The notes under the pieces were generated by a model. It was not told the origin of the DNA, ran no database searches, and worked only from the letters and a program-made list of their open reading frames with translations. The position numbers were made by a program, and so were the translations under genes. A stretch of 64,000 nucleotides of DNA, from NCBI GenBank assembly GCA_020631855.1, contig JACKGU010000002.1:234615-298614 (forward strand). Reading direction: 5' to 3'. Shown here one piece after another: positions 37,500-47,679 of the stretch (positions are counted from its first letter, which is position 1; each line of letters starts with the position of its first letter). This DNA comes from Candidatus Nomurabacteria bacterium (lineage in GTDB: Bacteria; Patescibacteriota; WWE3; UBA101185; UBA10185).

Positions 37500-37529
37500 T
37501 TGACATCTTCGGTTTGTTTTCGGTAATAT
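37500..37529 (+). promoter_or_regulatory. lexA promoter TTGACA-N18-TAATAT, with the ATG 7 nt after the -10 (leaderless)
   Basis: TTGACAtcttcggtttgttttcggTAATATttaaatATG: -35 at 37500-37505, -10 at 37524-37529, start codon at 37536. Confidence 0.45.
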
Positions 37530-37535
37530 TTAAAT

Positions 37536-38165
37536 ATGAGCCCAGTAACACTTTATAAAAGACAAAAAGAAATCTTAGATTATATTTCTCAGTATATTCA
37601 AATTAACGGAACCTCCCCCACCCTATCAGAAATAGCTGATGCCATGGGTCTTTCTTCTCTAGCCACAGTGCACGAACATCTTCAAACCCTAGAAAAAAAG
37701 GGTGTAATTAAAAGATTTGACGGCTCCGTGAGAGGCATAGAGGTACTTGACCTGTCGGTAAACTCCACTCCACAAGCGCTAGAGCTGCCGTTAATAGGCT
37801 ATATAGCGGCCGGGGAACCGATTGAAGCCATAGAGAACCCCCTTGACACTGTGCTAGTATCTTCGGATCTGGTTTCAAAAGTAAAAAGATGTTATGTACT
37901 CCAAGTAAAAGGAGACTCGATGATCGGCATTGGCATTTTTGACGGAGATTATGTTGTAGTTCAACAACAAAATGTAGCTCAAAACGGAGATAACGTTGTA
38001 GCTCTAATAGAAGGTAATTTTGCGACATTAAAAACCTTTTATAGAGAAAAGAACGGAAAAATAAGACTACAGCCTGCTAACGATTCCATGGAACCAATTA
38101 TAGTAGACGAAGAAGATGTTCAAATTCAAGGCAAAGTTACGGGAGTTATAAGAAAATTCTCGTGA
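37536..38165 (+). CDS. lexA: SOS repressor LexA
   Basis: N-terminal wHTH (LTKRQKEILDYI...SPTLSEIADAMGLSS) and a C-terminal S24 peptidase domain with the Ala-Gly cleavage site (IAAGEP), GDSMIGIGIFDGDYVVV (catalytic Ser) and the Lys motif LKTFYREKNGKIRLQPAN. Confidence 0.85.
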   Translation: MSPVTLYKRQKEILDYISQYIQINGTSPTLSEIADAMGLSSLATVHEHLQTLEKKGVIKRFDGSVRGIEVLDLSVNSTPQALELPLIGYIAAGEPIEAIENPLDTVLVSSDLVSKVKRCYVLQVKGDSMIGIGIFDGDYVVVQQQNVAQNGDNVVALIEGNFATLKTFYREKNGKIRLQPANDSMEPIIVDEEDVQIQGKVTGVIRKFS

Positions 38166-38232
38166 GCATGCTGCTGCAACAATATCAGTAGCCAGCACCT
38201 AGCTATAAATTTTTATCATAGGGATTATGTAA

Positions 38233-39024
38233 CTACTTTTTGGAACTATCTTTTGTCGCGGATTCTTTTCCTACACCACTAAACTTAGACAAAAAACTTG
38301 CGCTTCCCTTCTTTTTCCGCTTGTAAAAATAGAACAACACTATAACACCTAGCACCAGAGCTATCATGAGTTGAACAATAGATTCCATACTGTCAAAACC
38401 ATTAACGTATGACTCTGCTCCAACATACCCTATATAAAGATAGATCATATTTCTACCTAAATAGCCCACAAAAGACGAAACCATATAATTTTTGAAATCA
38501 AGTTTTGACAAACCGGCCAAAATTGAAACCGGGGCTGTGGGGACAATAGGAATTAATCTTGAAAACATAATAACAATAAAGTCCTTTTTTCCTTTTCCGA
38601 AGTGTTGGCCAAAAGCTTCGACCTCTGATCTGGAAACACCTATAAATTTACCGAACCTTGTCAAAACAAAATCTTCAGCTTTTGCAGAAGCGACATAAAG
38701 TATAGCAGCGCCAATAAGTTTGCCCATACCGCCCAAAAAAGCTAACCAGAATAAAAATATAAAGGCTTTATTTTGAGCCCCTGCAATGGATCCTGCAGCC
38801 GTCATAACAATAGGGGAGGGTATTGGAGCAATTACTTCTTCTACAAAAGAGGCGATAAATGTAAAAAGACCAACCGGGACGTGGTTCGCGACATTAAGAA
38901 GCATATTAGTGAGTTTATCTAAAATTGACATGGAAGAATTGTAGCAAGAAAAAATCATTTGTGCTATTTTTAATATATGAGCGTAACTGCCCCCCAGACC
39001 ATGTCCTTGGTCAGCCATGATCAA
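38233..39024 (-). CDS. DedA/VTT-family membrane protein
   Basis: The DedA/SNARE-associated pattern FVEEVIAPIPSP...GKLIGAAILY...FSRLIPIVPTAPVSILAG is present. The true start may be the internal Met (MSILDK) at 38931. Confidence 0.6.
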   Translation of the reverse strand: MIMADQGHGLGGSYAHILKIAQMIFSCYNSSMSILDKLTNMLLNVANHVPVGLFTFIASFVEEVIAPIPSPIVMTAAGSIAGAQNKAFIFLFWLAFLGGMGKLIGAAILYVASAKAEDFVLTRFGKFIGVSRSEVEAFGQHFGKGKKDFIVIMFSRLIPIVPTAPVSILAGLSKLDFKNYMVSSFVGYLGRNMIYLYIGYVGAESYVNGFDSMESIVQLMIALVLGVIVLFYFYKRKKKGSASFLSKFSGVGKESATKDSSKK

Positions 39025-39735
39025 AATTTAACACCCAAACAAAAAACAGAAGATTTGATGCTTGAATTGATTGAAAATTTTGGTAAAGATGAAGTCGAGG
39101 AGGCCGTGAAATATCTTCATTACCGCAACCCAACCCCGTTACCAAAAAATGAGAAGAAGGGAAAACCAATACTATATGTTTTTAGGCACGGAGAAACCTC
39201 GGATAACTTCAATATGCTCTTTAGCGGGTGGAGAGATGTGAATATAACAGAAAAAGGTAAAAAGCAGGCGCTTGCACTAGCTAATAAGCTGGCTAAGAAG
39301 GATATAGATATGTTAATTTGTTCGGATCAAATTAGATCTATAGAAACAATGAAACTTGCGATGTCAAAAAACACTAAAGGTAAGAATTTGGAAATTATAA
39401 AAGAGCCTAGAATTAAAGAAAGGCGATACGGAGATTGGGAGGGGCAAAGTAAATTAAAAATGCTTCTAACTCACCCTGAGAGTAAAGAACAGCGCAGAGA
39501 CTTTGACTTCGTACCTCCAAATGGGGAGAGCATGGCAATGGTCGAAGGGCGAGTGCTTGCATTTCTAAGAGAGATACTCCCTCTTATGAGAAAGCACAAT
39601 GTCAATGTTGCGCTATCTTGTCACGGAAATTCAATAAGAGCAATAAGAAAAAAATACGAAGGACTAACAAACGAACAGGCCGCTCACATTGAAACGATAC
39701 TGGGAGAAGATTACGCTGCTTACTATGTAGGGTAA
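38977..39735 (+). CDS. Histidine phosphatase superfamily (phosphoglycerate mutase-like) protein
   Basis: LYVFRHGETSDN carries the RHG catalytic motif; CHGNSIRA carries the second His. The true start may be an internal Met, since the 5' end overlaps dedA. Confidence 0.6.
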   Translation: MSVTAPQTMSLVSHDQNLTPKQKTEDLMLELIENFGKDEVEEAVKYLHYRNPTPLPKNEKKGKPILYVFRHGETSDNFNMLFSGWRDVNITEKGKKQALALANKLAKKDIDMLICSDQIRSIETMKLAMSKNTKGKNLEIIKEPRIKERRYGDWEGQSKLKMLLTHPESKEQRRDFDFVPPNGESMAMVEGRVLAFLREILPLMRKHNVNVALSCHGNSIRAIRKKYEGLTNEQAAHIETILGEDYAAYYVG

Positions 39736-39810
39736 CCGCGATCAAATTACCAACGACTCGTTCGTCTTTTTCACGGACCTAAAAAATAAAACAAAGGGTT
39801 CTGGATCAGC

Positions 39811-41091
39811 CTAAGAGCCAAAAAAATTATCAAAAATGTCAAGCAAACGATTATACTTCGCGACTCTTTCACCACGAGCGGGAGAGCCGGATTTAATAAA
39901 ATCAGCCTCTACAGCTACTGCTAAATCTGATATGAACGTATCTTCGGGGGTATCTCCGCTTCGATGAGAAACTATTGTGGACATGTCGGCGGATTTGGCA
40001 AGTCTTATAAAATCTAAGGTCTCTGATACCGTGCCCACTTGATTAGGTTTAATAATCACAGCAGAGGCAAGATTCTTTTTAATAGCTGCCTTCAAATATT
40101 TTGCATTGGTTACAACTAAGTCATCAGCTACTATCATTACCTTTTGTTTGTAATTTTGATAAAAGTGCTCCCACCCTTCAATATCGTTCTCATAGAAAGG
40201 ATCTTCTAAATAAATAATCGGATATTGTTGAAGAAGATCGCCATAATAAGAAGATAATTGGGCATGATCGAGTTTCAAAGATTCTTCTTTTATCTCGTAA
40301 CGATCGCCCACATGAAAAGACTCAGCGGCAACATCCATGCCTAAAAACAGGTCTTTGCCTAGAACTAAACGGTTGTTTTTCTCACCGTCTACCCTAACCT
40401 CTTCTACAGCCTGTTTTATGGTCGTTAGAGCTTTTTTTGTCGTAAAACCTTGAGGAGCAAAGCCTCCCTCATCTCCCACCCCCGACTCATATCCCTGAGA
40501 AACTAAAAGCTTGTGCAATGAATTATAAACAAATACACCCATTTCTAACTGTTTAGGGTAAGGGGTTGTTTTTGCAGGAATCACCATAAATTCTTGAAAA
40601 GATAGATCGTTGTCTGCGTGCTTACCCCCATTTAATATATTAAAAACCGGAGTAGGAAAATTTATTGAGCCCATTTTAGAGTATGCCGGTTTAAATACAG
40701 AATTGTTTTTATACAATACATGCAAATACTCAAACAGTTGAAGATTCAAGCTTTTTGCAGCAGCATTTGAGACTGCCAGAGAAACAGATAAAATGCTGTT
40801 TCCGCCTAACACTCTTTTATTGGGAGTGCCGTCCATGTCTATCATTAAAGTGTCAATTTCGAGTTGATTAAATGGGTTTTTACTAACAAGTAAGTCTTTT
40901 AAGGGGTCATTGACTACCGCAGCAGCCTTTTGTGCTTCTAAATGCAAGGCCTCATTCTCTCCGGTCGAGGCTCCGTCCGGAACAGTTTGGGTTCCCACAG
41001 CACCATCATCGAGCTCTACCCGAGTTTCAATAGTCCACTCTGACCTGGAGTTTAGGACTTTGTGACAAGTGATGTCTTTAATTTTCGGCAT
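39811..41091 (-). CDS. eno: Enolase
   Basis: SRSEWTIETRVELDDGAVGTQTVPDGASTGENEALHL at the N-terminus and the enolase signature SHRSGDTPEDTFISDLAVAV. The tracked ORF has a 25-codon N-terminal extension overlapping ppsA, so the start is chosen at MPKIKDITCHKV (the ATG at 41089-41091). Confidence 0.85.
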   Translation of the reverse strand: MPKIKDITCHKVLNSRSEWTIETRVELDDGAVGTQTVPDGASTGENEALHLEAQKAAAVVNDPLKDLLVSKNPFNQLEIDTLMIDMDGTPNKRVLGGNSILSVSLAVSNAAAKSLNLQLFEYLHVLYKNNSVFKPAYSKMGSINFPTPVFNILNGGKHADNDLSFQEFMVIPAKTTPYPKQLEMGVFVYNSLHKLLVSQGYESGVGDEGGFAPQGFTTKKALTTIKQAVEEVRVDGEKNNRLVLGKDLFLGMDVAAESFHVGDRYEIKEESLKLDHAQLSSYYGDLLQQYPIIYLEDPFYENDIEGWEHFYQNYKQKVMIVADDLVVTNAKYLKAAIKKNLASAVIIKPNQVGTVSETLDFIRLAKSADMSTIVSHRSGDTPEDTFISDLAVAVEADFIKSGSPARGERVAKYNRLLDIFDNFFGS

Positions 41092-41101
41092 ACTCAAGAC
41101 C

Positions 41102-43411
41102 TTAAATAGTAAATCTTTTCCTCTTCGCTTCTTTAGAAACGCTCTTTTGACTGTGCTTTTTTGCAAGCAGTTTTTTCTCAGCTTCGTATACTATCTTTCT
41201 TGTTTTTTCCACAACATCAGGACTTAAAGAAACTGATGTAATACCCCACTCAACTAGCTTCTCTACCAACTCTGGGTATTGAGAAGGGGCCTGCCCGCAC
41301 ATAGAACATGTCACTTTCATCTTTTTACTTACAGTAACAACTTTTTCTAATGCGGCCATTACCGCAGGGTCAAGCTCGTTATATACATTTGCCACCTTTG
41401 GATTATCTCTATCAACTCCAAGAATTAACATGGTCAGATCATTAGTACCTATCGATACACCATCTATGCCTTCATTTAAGAAATCTTCGAGCAGTATAAC
41501 GTTAGAAGGAATTTCAACCATCATCCATATCATAAATGAACCGCTACGGCGAAGCCCGTTTGCAGACATAATCTTTTTTACCCCAACGAGCTGATCAACA
41601 GTCCTTACAAAAGGAATCATCATGTGAAGATTTTTCAGGCCCTGTTTATTTCTAACAATCTTCATCGCTTCAATCTCTAGACGAAAAACATCATCATCTT
41701 CAAGATAACGAGACGCTCCCCTAAATCCGATCATTGGATTTCTTTCATCTTTTTCGTACTTTGCTCCTCCAACCAGATTACGAAACTCGTTTGTTCTAAA
41801 GTCTGTGGCTCTATAAACTACCGGTCTAGGATGGAAGGCCTTAGCAAATTTTCCCATACCTTCAGCGAGCTTTATTACAAACTCATCCTGTTTTCCATCC
41901 TCAATAAATTTGCGGGGGTGTTTTCCAATCTGAGCAACAATAAACTCAGCACGTAGAAGTCCAACACCATCTACATTGCGCGCAGCCATATCTTCTGCCA
42001 ACTCAGGCTCGGCCAAATTCACATAAATTTTAGTGGCGGTTTTAAAATCAGCCTTAGCCTCCGACTTCACCTCTTCCTTTACCACAAAATCTCCTTCGAA
42101 TACCTTTCCGGTAGACCCATCAACAGTGACTACCTCTCCCTGCTTTAAAATTTTTGTTGCGTGTTCCGAACCTACTACAGCGGGAATGCCTAACTCCCGG
42201 CTTACAATTGCTGCGTGCGAAGTACGGCCCCCCTCATCGGTGACGATTGCAGAAGCACGCTTCATGGCCGGAACATAATCAGGATCAGTCATAACCGCAA
42301 CGAGTATATCTCCTTCTTTTACTCTTGATATCTCCTTTGGAGAACGAACTATAACTACCGGACCGCTTGCTACCCCTGGAGATGCCGCCAGTCCCTCTAA
42401 AATAAACTTTCCTGCTTTTTTCTCATCAACATGAGAATGTAGAGAGTCTGCTTTCACATCGTTTAGTGTGGTTACGGGTCTTGATTGAACTATAAACAGC
42501 TTTTTACCTTCCAAGGCCCACTCTATATCCTGGGGCCTGCCGTAATGGTCCTCTATCCTCATCCCAAGCTGCGCTAATTCTTTTACATATTTGTCAGACA
42601 ATTTCTGTTTCTCTTGGTAGGCTTTAGAGACAGGAGTTTTACCCGCCAGGGTGAATTGCCAAGTCTGCTTTGCAATGTGACGATATGTTATTTTATTAGT
42701 CTTTTTATCTATCAAAAACTGGTCCGGAGTTAACTCCCCCGACACAATAGGCTGGCCCAATCCAAAGGCGGCTTCTATCGAAACTTCTTTTCTACTGTTT
42801 GTGAGGGGATTCACAGTAAACATTATGCCGGATATTTCCGACTGAACCATTAACTGCACAGGAACAGCTATCCCAACCTTTAGATGGTCGTAATTTTTAT
42901 CGGTTCTATAAAAAATTGCCCTCGACTCAAAGAGCGATGCCCAGCACATCTGTACGTGCTTTATTACATCTTTATAGCCTTCAACGTTTAAATACGTCTC
43001 TTGCTGACCCGCGAAGGAGGCGTCGGGGAGATCTTCTGCTGTAGCAGAAGATCTCACAGCAACTCTTTTATCAAATTCTCCACACAACTCATGATAGCTC
43101 TTTTTAATCTCCTGCTGAATATCCTCAGGCATCGCCGCGCTCATAATAGCTGTTTTAATATGCTTCGAAGCCTCAATCAATTTATTTGAATCCTCAACGT
43201 TCAAGCCCGATAACTCTGTAAGTATTTTGTCTTTAAGCGAAGTTTTTTTTAAAAAATCAAAATAAGCTTTTGCTGTTACCACAAAACCATTAGGAACAGG
43301 TATTTCAGCGTGGTACATTTCACCAAGATTTGCACCTTTTCCTCCAACTAAAGCTATATCATTTTTTCTAATTTGGTTGAACCAAAGAGTATGGGCAGTA
43401 TTTTTATTCAT
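41102..43411 (-). CDS. ppsA: PEP-utilizing enzyme: phosphoenolpyruvate synthase (pyruvate, water dikinase)-like
   Basis: 769 aa with an N-terminal PPDK_N ATP-grasp domain, the mobile His domain GGRTSHAAIVSRELGIPAVVG and a C-terminal PEP-binding TIM domain. The size fits PpsA better than PPDK. Confidence 0.7.
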   Translation of the reverse strand: MNKNTAHTLWFNQIRKNDIALVGGKGANLGEMYHAEIPVPNGFVVTAKAYFDFLKKTSLKDKILTELSGLNVEDSNKLIEASKHIKTAIMSAAMPEDIQQEIKKSYHELCGEFDKRVAVRSSATAEDLPDASFAGQQETYLNVEGYKDVIKHVQMCWASLFESRAIFYRTDKNYDHLKVGIAVPVQLMVQSEISGIMFTVNPLTNSRKEVSIEAAFGLGQPIVSGELTPDQFLIDKKTNKITYRHIAKQTWQFTLAGKTPVSKAYQEKQKLSDKYVKELAQLGMRIEDHYGRPQDIEWALEGKKLFIVQSRPVTTLNDVKADSLHSHVDEKKAGKFILEGLAASPGVASGPVVIVRSPKEISRVKEGDILVAVMTDPDYVPAMKRASAIVTDEGGRTSHAAIVSRELGIPAVVGSEHATKILKQGEVVTVDGSTGKVFEGDFVVKEEVKSEAKADFKTATKIYVNLAEPELAEDMAARNVDGVGLLRAEFIVAQIGKHPRKFIEDGKQDEFVIKLAEGMGKFAKAFHPRPVVYRATDFRTNEFRNLVGGAKYEKDERNPMIGFRGASRYLEDDDVFRLEIEAMKIVRNKQGLKNLHMMIPFVRTVDQLVGVKKIMSANGLRRSGSFMIWMMVEIPSNVILLEDFLNEGIDGVSIGTNDLTMLILGVDRDNPKVANVYNELDPAVMAALEKVVTVSKKMKVTCSMCGQAPSQYPELVEKLVEWGITSVSLSPDVVEKTRKIVYEAEKKLLAKKHSQKSVSKEAKRKRFTI

Positions 43412-43481
43412 ACACTAATGGTAATACATACCGATTTATTAGTCTAGGAAAAAATAGGTACAAAAAGAAAATATTCTCTAA

Positions 43482-43708
43482 ATGAAGGCTCCGTGGACTA
43501 AAGTCCCCAGTCTCTTCTTTCTCCGCGGTTGAAAGCCCACGCCTTCATCCCCGAGCTAAAGCACGAGGTCTTCCCGCTGTGGAAATCAACCTCCGCCAGC
43601 TTACGCAGGTGTTTTGCTGTAATTTCTTTGCTCTGCAAAGACCAACATACTGGGCAAACTACATTTATTAGCTTACGCGAGTAGAGTTTTAAGTAACGAA
43701 ATTATAAA
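43482..43708 (+). repeat. Copy R5: full-length bipartite element
   Basis: ATGAAGgctccgtggactaaagtcc...cgagctaaagcacgaggtcttcccgctgtggaaatcaacctccgccagcttacgcaggtgtttt|gctgtaatttctttgctctgcaaagaccaacatactgggcaaactacatttattagcttacgcgagtagagttttaagtaacgaaattataaa. Its 3' end abuts the pgm stop codon with a 3-nt gap, and the 5' end lies 70 nt upstream of the ppsA ATG. Confidence 0.7.
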
Positions 43709-43711
43709 TGA

Positions 43712-45178
43712 CTAGCCTTGCTTTAATTCAACTTCTCCTAAAGGTATAAAATCAACCCCTTGAGAAGCCAAAAGACTTAAAATCATTAAATGCACCTCAT
43801 TTAAAAGATCGATATTATCTAGCTCGATAAGGATTGTTAAGTTTGGAGTCGTATTGGATACGCGAATTAAAAACCAAGAATGTTCACTTAAACTAACTCT
43901 AACACCATCAACATAGCTTACTCGATAAAAATTTGCCTCTTGCTCCTTTACATTTTGGACTATACCGGAAATTACCGAGAACTTTTTTTCGTCACTTACA
44001 GGTATTTTTATTTCTCCCGAAGTGTAACTTTTTTGCACGCCCTTCATTAACTCAAATAAGCTGATGTCCAGATCTTCCAGCATCTTTAAAAAATATAAGG
44101 AATTAAAAATACCATCGTCATACCCATAATTTATGTCTAAATATATATGCCCTGAGTTTTCGCAGCCTAAAACTGCACCGGAGTGCATCGCATCCGAAAA
44201 AAATGTGTGACCGGTTTTTATCATGCGCGGAGATCCCCCAAGACTAAGAACGCGTTCGTGCAAATAACTGGAGCACTTAGGATCATAAACCACTAAAGAT
44301 TTTCCGGAGCGGCCCTCCAAGTAGTAAGGCAGCATTGCTTGGACAAGTCTGTCTGTAGAGTAGCTATTGCCCTTTTCGTCAATTAAGCCCATACGATCGC
44401 AATCAGGATCTAAAGCAATTCCGAGCTCAAAAGAAGAATCATAAGAAAGTGCAACTTCTTTAAAGGAGTTCATATAAAACTTGTTTTCAGGATTCGGGGT
44501 CACTGAATCGACACCGTACTCAGGCTCGTTGTTTATAACAGTCAAGTCAAGGTTAAGCGCACCATAAGTTTCAGTCGCATATTCTGAAATGGTTGAGTGT
44601 CCGCAATTTAATATAACTTTATGTTTTTTGTTAAATACAAAATAATCTCTTATGTAAGAAAAATATTGCTGATTTAAGTCTTCTTTTCTCTTTGTCCCTT
44701 TATTAAATTCAAAATTTCGTGCACGTACCTTGTCTCTAATCTCCTGGATGTCAGCAGAACTAAAAGGAACTGCATTTCTGTAGTCAAGGCGAAACCCATT
44801 GTACGATAAGGGGTTATGGCTTGCTGTTATTTCTATTCCAGCATCAAAATCTTGAGTACAAGTTAAAAAATGCACTATTGGGGTTAATGAGACTCCAATA
44901 TCTATAACATCAGCGCCAACCGCAACCAAACCTTCAATAAAAAAACTTTGCAAAGAACCCGAGCTGGGTCGAGAATCTCTTCCAACGACAACTGTAACAT
45001 TTTCTTTTGCTAGTTTTTCAAACAGTAAAGTTCCAACCGCACACCCTATTAAGTAAGCGCCCTTTACATCAAGATCTTTATCTACAATGCCCCTTATATC
45101 GTATGTACGAAAAATATTGTCATTTGCTAACATGCTATACGTAATATTATCAGGGAATATTAAATGTTTAAAGTACAC
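43712..45178 (-). CDS. Alpha-D-phosphohexomutase (phosphoglucomutase/phosphomannomutase family)
   Basis: GIEITASHNP carries the active-site phosphoserine loop (TASHNP), with Mg-binding and sugar-binding loops downstream. The true start is probably an internal Met (MLANDNIFRTYDIRG). Confidence 0.75.
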   Translation of the reverse strand: MYFKHLIFPDNITYSMLANDNIFRTYDIRGIVDKDLDVKGAYLIGCAVGTLLFEKLAKENVTVVVGRDSRPSSGSLQSFFIEGLVAVGADVIDIGVSLTPIVHFLTCTQDFDAGIEITASHNPLSYNGFRLDYRNAVPFSSADIQEIRDKVRARNFEFNKGTKRKEDLNQQYFSYIRDYFVFNKKHKVILNCGHSTISEYATETYGALNLDLTVINNEPEYGVDSVTPNPENKFYMNSFKEVALSYDSSFELGIALDPDCDRMGLIDEKGNSYSTDRLVQAMLPYYLEGRSGKSLVVYDPKCSSYLHERVLSLGGSPRMIKTGHTFFSDAMHSGAVLGCENSGHIYLDINYGYDDGIFNSLYFLKMLEDLDISLFELMKGVQKSYTSGEIKIPVSDEKKFSVISGIVQNVKEQEANFYRVSYVDGVRVSLSEHSWFLIRVSNTTPNLTILIELDNIDLLNEVHLMILSLLASQGVDFIPLGEVELKQG

Positions 45179-45239
45179 GATGCGGCAATACGAACGTAAA
45201 GAATAAAGAAATAGTGCAGAGCTTTAAAAGGACACCGAA

Positions 45240-46013
45240 TTAAGAAAGCGGGATTGTGAAAATAAATTTTGATCCTGAGGGTAGATTGTCCTCAACCCAT
45301 ATCTTACCGCCGTGTGCCTCGACAATTCCTTTTGCAATAACCAAGCCTAGACCTGTCCCGTGTTCTCGAGACACAGGCAATTCTCTGGCCTGAACGAATT
45401 TCTTGAATATCTGCTGCCGCATCTTAGGAGTAATTCCGACTCCTGTATCGCAAACCTCTATCTGAACAAAACCATGAGATTGCTTTGATCGAAGGCAAAT
45501 GTGCCCCTTAGCAGTGTATTTTACTGCATTGGATAGTAAATTACTCAAAACGTGCTTTAATTGTTCGGGGTCGCAGCTTACATAAGAAATCGTAGGATCG
45601 AGCTCAACAACAGCTGTAAGACCCTTTTCCTTAGCCAAAAGGCTGTAGCCTTCCATTACAGATTCCAAAAGCTCATTTAAATTAACCGGGTGCTTAAAAA
45701 GCTCAATCTTACTAGCTTCTATTTTAGCAACATCCAACAAGTCATTCACTATAGATAAAAGGTTAGACGAGGAATCTTCGATCTGTTTAATCATCAAGGA
45801 AACTTTTTCCTCTCCTAAACGATCTTTTTCTTTAAGAATCATGTCGGCAGAACTTCTAATGACCGACAAAGGAGACCTTAATTCGTGGATCATCATTGCG
45901 GTGAATTCGTTTTGAAGCTTTTTAAGCCTCGTGGCCTTTTGATTTGTGAAATGTATATAAAATATAGAAACTAAAGCAATTAAAAATGGGGGCAGAATTA
46001 GCAAAATATCCAT
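45240..46013 (-). CDS. Sensor histidine kinase (one TM, HisKA, HATPase_c)
   Basis: H-box HELRSPLSVIRSSADMI, N-box LSNLLSNAVKYT and G-boxes DTGVGI / GTGLGL. Confidence 0.75.
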   Translation of the reverse strand: MDILLILPPFLIALVSIFYIHFTNQKATRLKKLQNEFTAMMIHELRSPLSVIRSSADMILKEKDRLGEEKVSLMIKQIEDSSSNLLSIVNDLLDVAKIEASKIELFKHPVNLNELLESVMEGYSLLAKEKGLTAVVELDPTISYVSCDPEQLKHVLSNLLSNAVKYTAKGHICLRSKQSHGFVQIEVCDTGVGITPKMRQQIFKKFVQARELPVSREHGTGLGLVIAKGIVEAHGGKIWVEDNLPSGSKFIFTIPLS

Positions 46014-46014
46014 T

Positions 46015-46416
46015 TCAAGACATTAACTTAACTACCGAGTCAGAGGCATCACCCAGCAAGGTGGATACTTTGGCAGCAAGCTCCTCAGGAACAATGTTAT
46101 ATTTCATAATATAATCTTCTGCACCAAGCTCAATAGCTTTGCTAATGTTATCTTCATTACCGAAATTTGTCAGCATAACAACGCGCTGGCTTCTGAGCTC
46201 GCTATCTTCTTTTATTTCTTGCAGGATTTCAAGGCCGTTTTTACCCGGTAAAACAAGGTCGAGCAATACCAGGTCCGGCTTATGTTCTCTTACCGCGTCT
46301 ATGGCTTTATCTCCTGCAGAAACGTTCATTACAGAGTAGCCGCTGAGTTCAAGTTGGGTTTTATATAAGTTATAAATATCTAAGTCGTCTTCGATTATAA
46401 GTATGTTTTTAGCCAT
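46015..46416 (-). CDS. Stand-alone response-regulator receiver (CheY-like)
   Basis: ILIIEDDLD...DLVLLDLVLPGKNG...MLTN is the receiver fold. The start is chosen at MAKNIL (the ATG at 46414-46416); the tracked ORF adds 14 codons. There is no output domain. Confidence 0.75.
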   Translation of the reverse strand: MAKNILIIEDDLDIYNLYKTQLELSGYSVMNVSAGDKAIDAVREHKPDLVLLDLVLPGKNGLEILQEIKEDSELRSQRVVMLTNFGNEDNISKAIELGAEDYIMKYNIVPEELAAKVSTLLGDASDSVVKLMS

Positions 46417-46478
46417 ATGTAAAATATAACACAGCACACACTTCACAAACAATAACATTTACTCTATGCTTATTTAGT

Positions 46479-47561
46479 ATGTTTAAAAAAGCCTTAGTAT
46501 CAACAACACTTCTAATATTGCTGGCCACAGGACTTTATATAACCTACGATTTTTTAGCACTAGACAACAAAATAAATCCCGAAAACAGCATAATTTCTCC
46601 CATTATAAACGCGGTTGAAGAAAAAGTTGATTCTTCAAAAAACATTGAGGGTTCAAAATACGAAAATTCGGACATTATTAACATACTTCTGCTTGGAATT
46701 GACAGGCGAAGTAAAGAAGAATACGGCTACAGAACCGATATAATGATCTTACTAACAATCAATAAAGCTAAAAATAAAATAGTCCTAACCTCTATCCCCA
46801 GAGATCTTTGGTATGGAGGAGGTAGAGTCAACGCCTTTTTTATACAAAGTAGCTGGGAAGAAACACAAAACGCTTTTTTAGAAATTACAGGCCAGAAGCC
46901 CGATGCATACATTTTGACTGATTTTGAGGATTTCTCGTGGATCGTGGATCAAATAGGAGGCCTTCCGGTAACGATAGAGACCACCTTTACAGACTCTCAG
47001 TATCCGGTCGATGCAACAAAAGAGTATCAAACAATAACTTTTATCCAAGGTCAAGAAAAAATGTCCGGCGACCGTGCACTTATTTTTGCAAGATCTAGAA
47101 AAGGAGATAACGACAACGGTGACTGGGGCAGAATGAAAAGACAGCATCTCTTGCTTAAAAGTCTAGGCGAAAACATGTTTAATGCGGATAGTTTCATATG
47201 TAAAATAGGAAATCTAAAAATAACCGACGGGTCCTGCTTTTTAAACCTTAATACGGAAACCTTGAAAAAGGGCTTTGAGCTCGCTACTACAGGCAGGATG
47301 GAAACCAACCTAACACTAAAAGACCTGGTGTACGCAAAAGACCTGTATGTAGATAAAAACGACTACAAAGTGGAATCTTTGTACATGGACTACAACTATT
47401 TATACACTCCTCTAGCCGAAGACTATGGGGGAGCTTGGGTACTTGCTCCAATAGGTGACTCTTTTGTTAATTTTCACCAGGAACTGGAAAATAAAATTAA
47501 CAATACTGAGATCCAAGAACTAGATCGGGCGAGCGACGAAGCGCAAACACTCAACAACTAA
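46479..47561 (+). CDS. LytR-CpsA-Psr (LCP) family cell-wall glycopolymer transferase
   Basis: N-terminal TM segment, then the LCP core NILLLGIDRRSKEEYGYRTDIMILLTINKAKNKIVLTSIPRDLWY. Confidence 0.75.
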   Translation: MFKKALVSTTLLILLATGLYITYDFLALDNKINPENSIISPIINAVEEKVDSSKNIEGSKYENSDIINILLLGIDRRSKEEYGYRTDIMILLTINKAKNKIVLTSIPRDLWYGGGRVNAFFIQSSWEETQNAFLEITGQKPDAYILTDFEDFSWIVDQIGGLPVTIETTFTDSQYPVDATKEYQTITFIQGQEKMSGDRALIFARSRKGDNDNGDWGRMKRQHLLLKSLGENMFNADSFICKIGNLKITDGSCFLNLNTETLKKGFELATTGRMETNLTLKDLVYAKDLYVDKNDYKVESLYMDYNYLYTPLAEDYGGAWVLAPIGDSFVNFHQELENKINNTEIQELDRASDEAQTLNN

Positions 47562-47679
47562 AGCCCTAGGCATAAAGGTTAATAGCAAACCCTATCTAAA
47601 AAATGAGCAAAATTCACCTAAACTAAAACCTCTATTCGAAAAAGTTCGTCTGAAAAACTTATCTACTCGCAATATAGCA

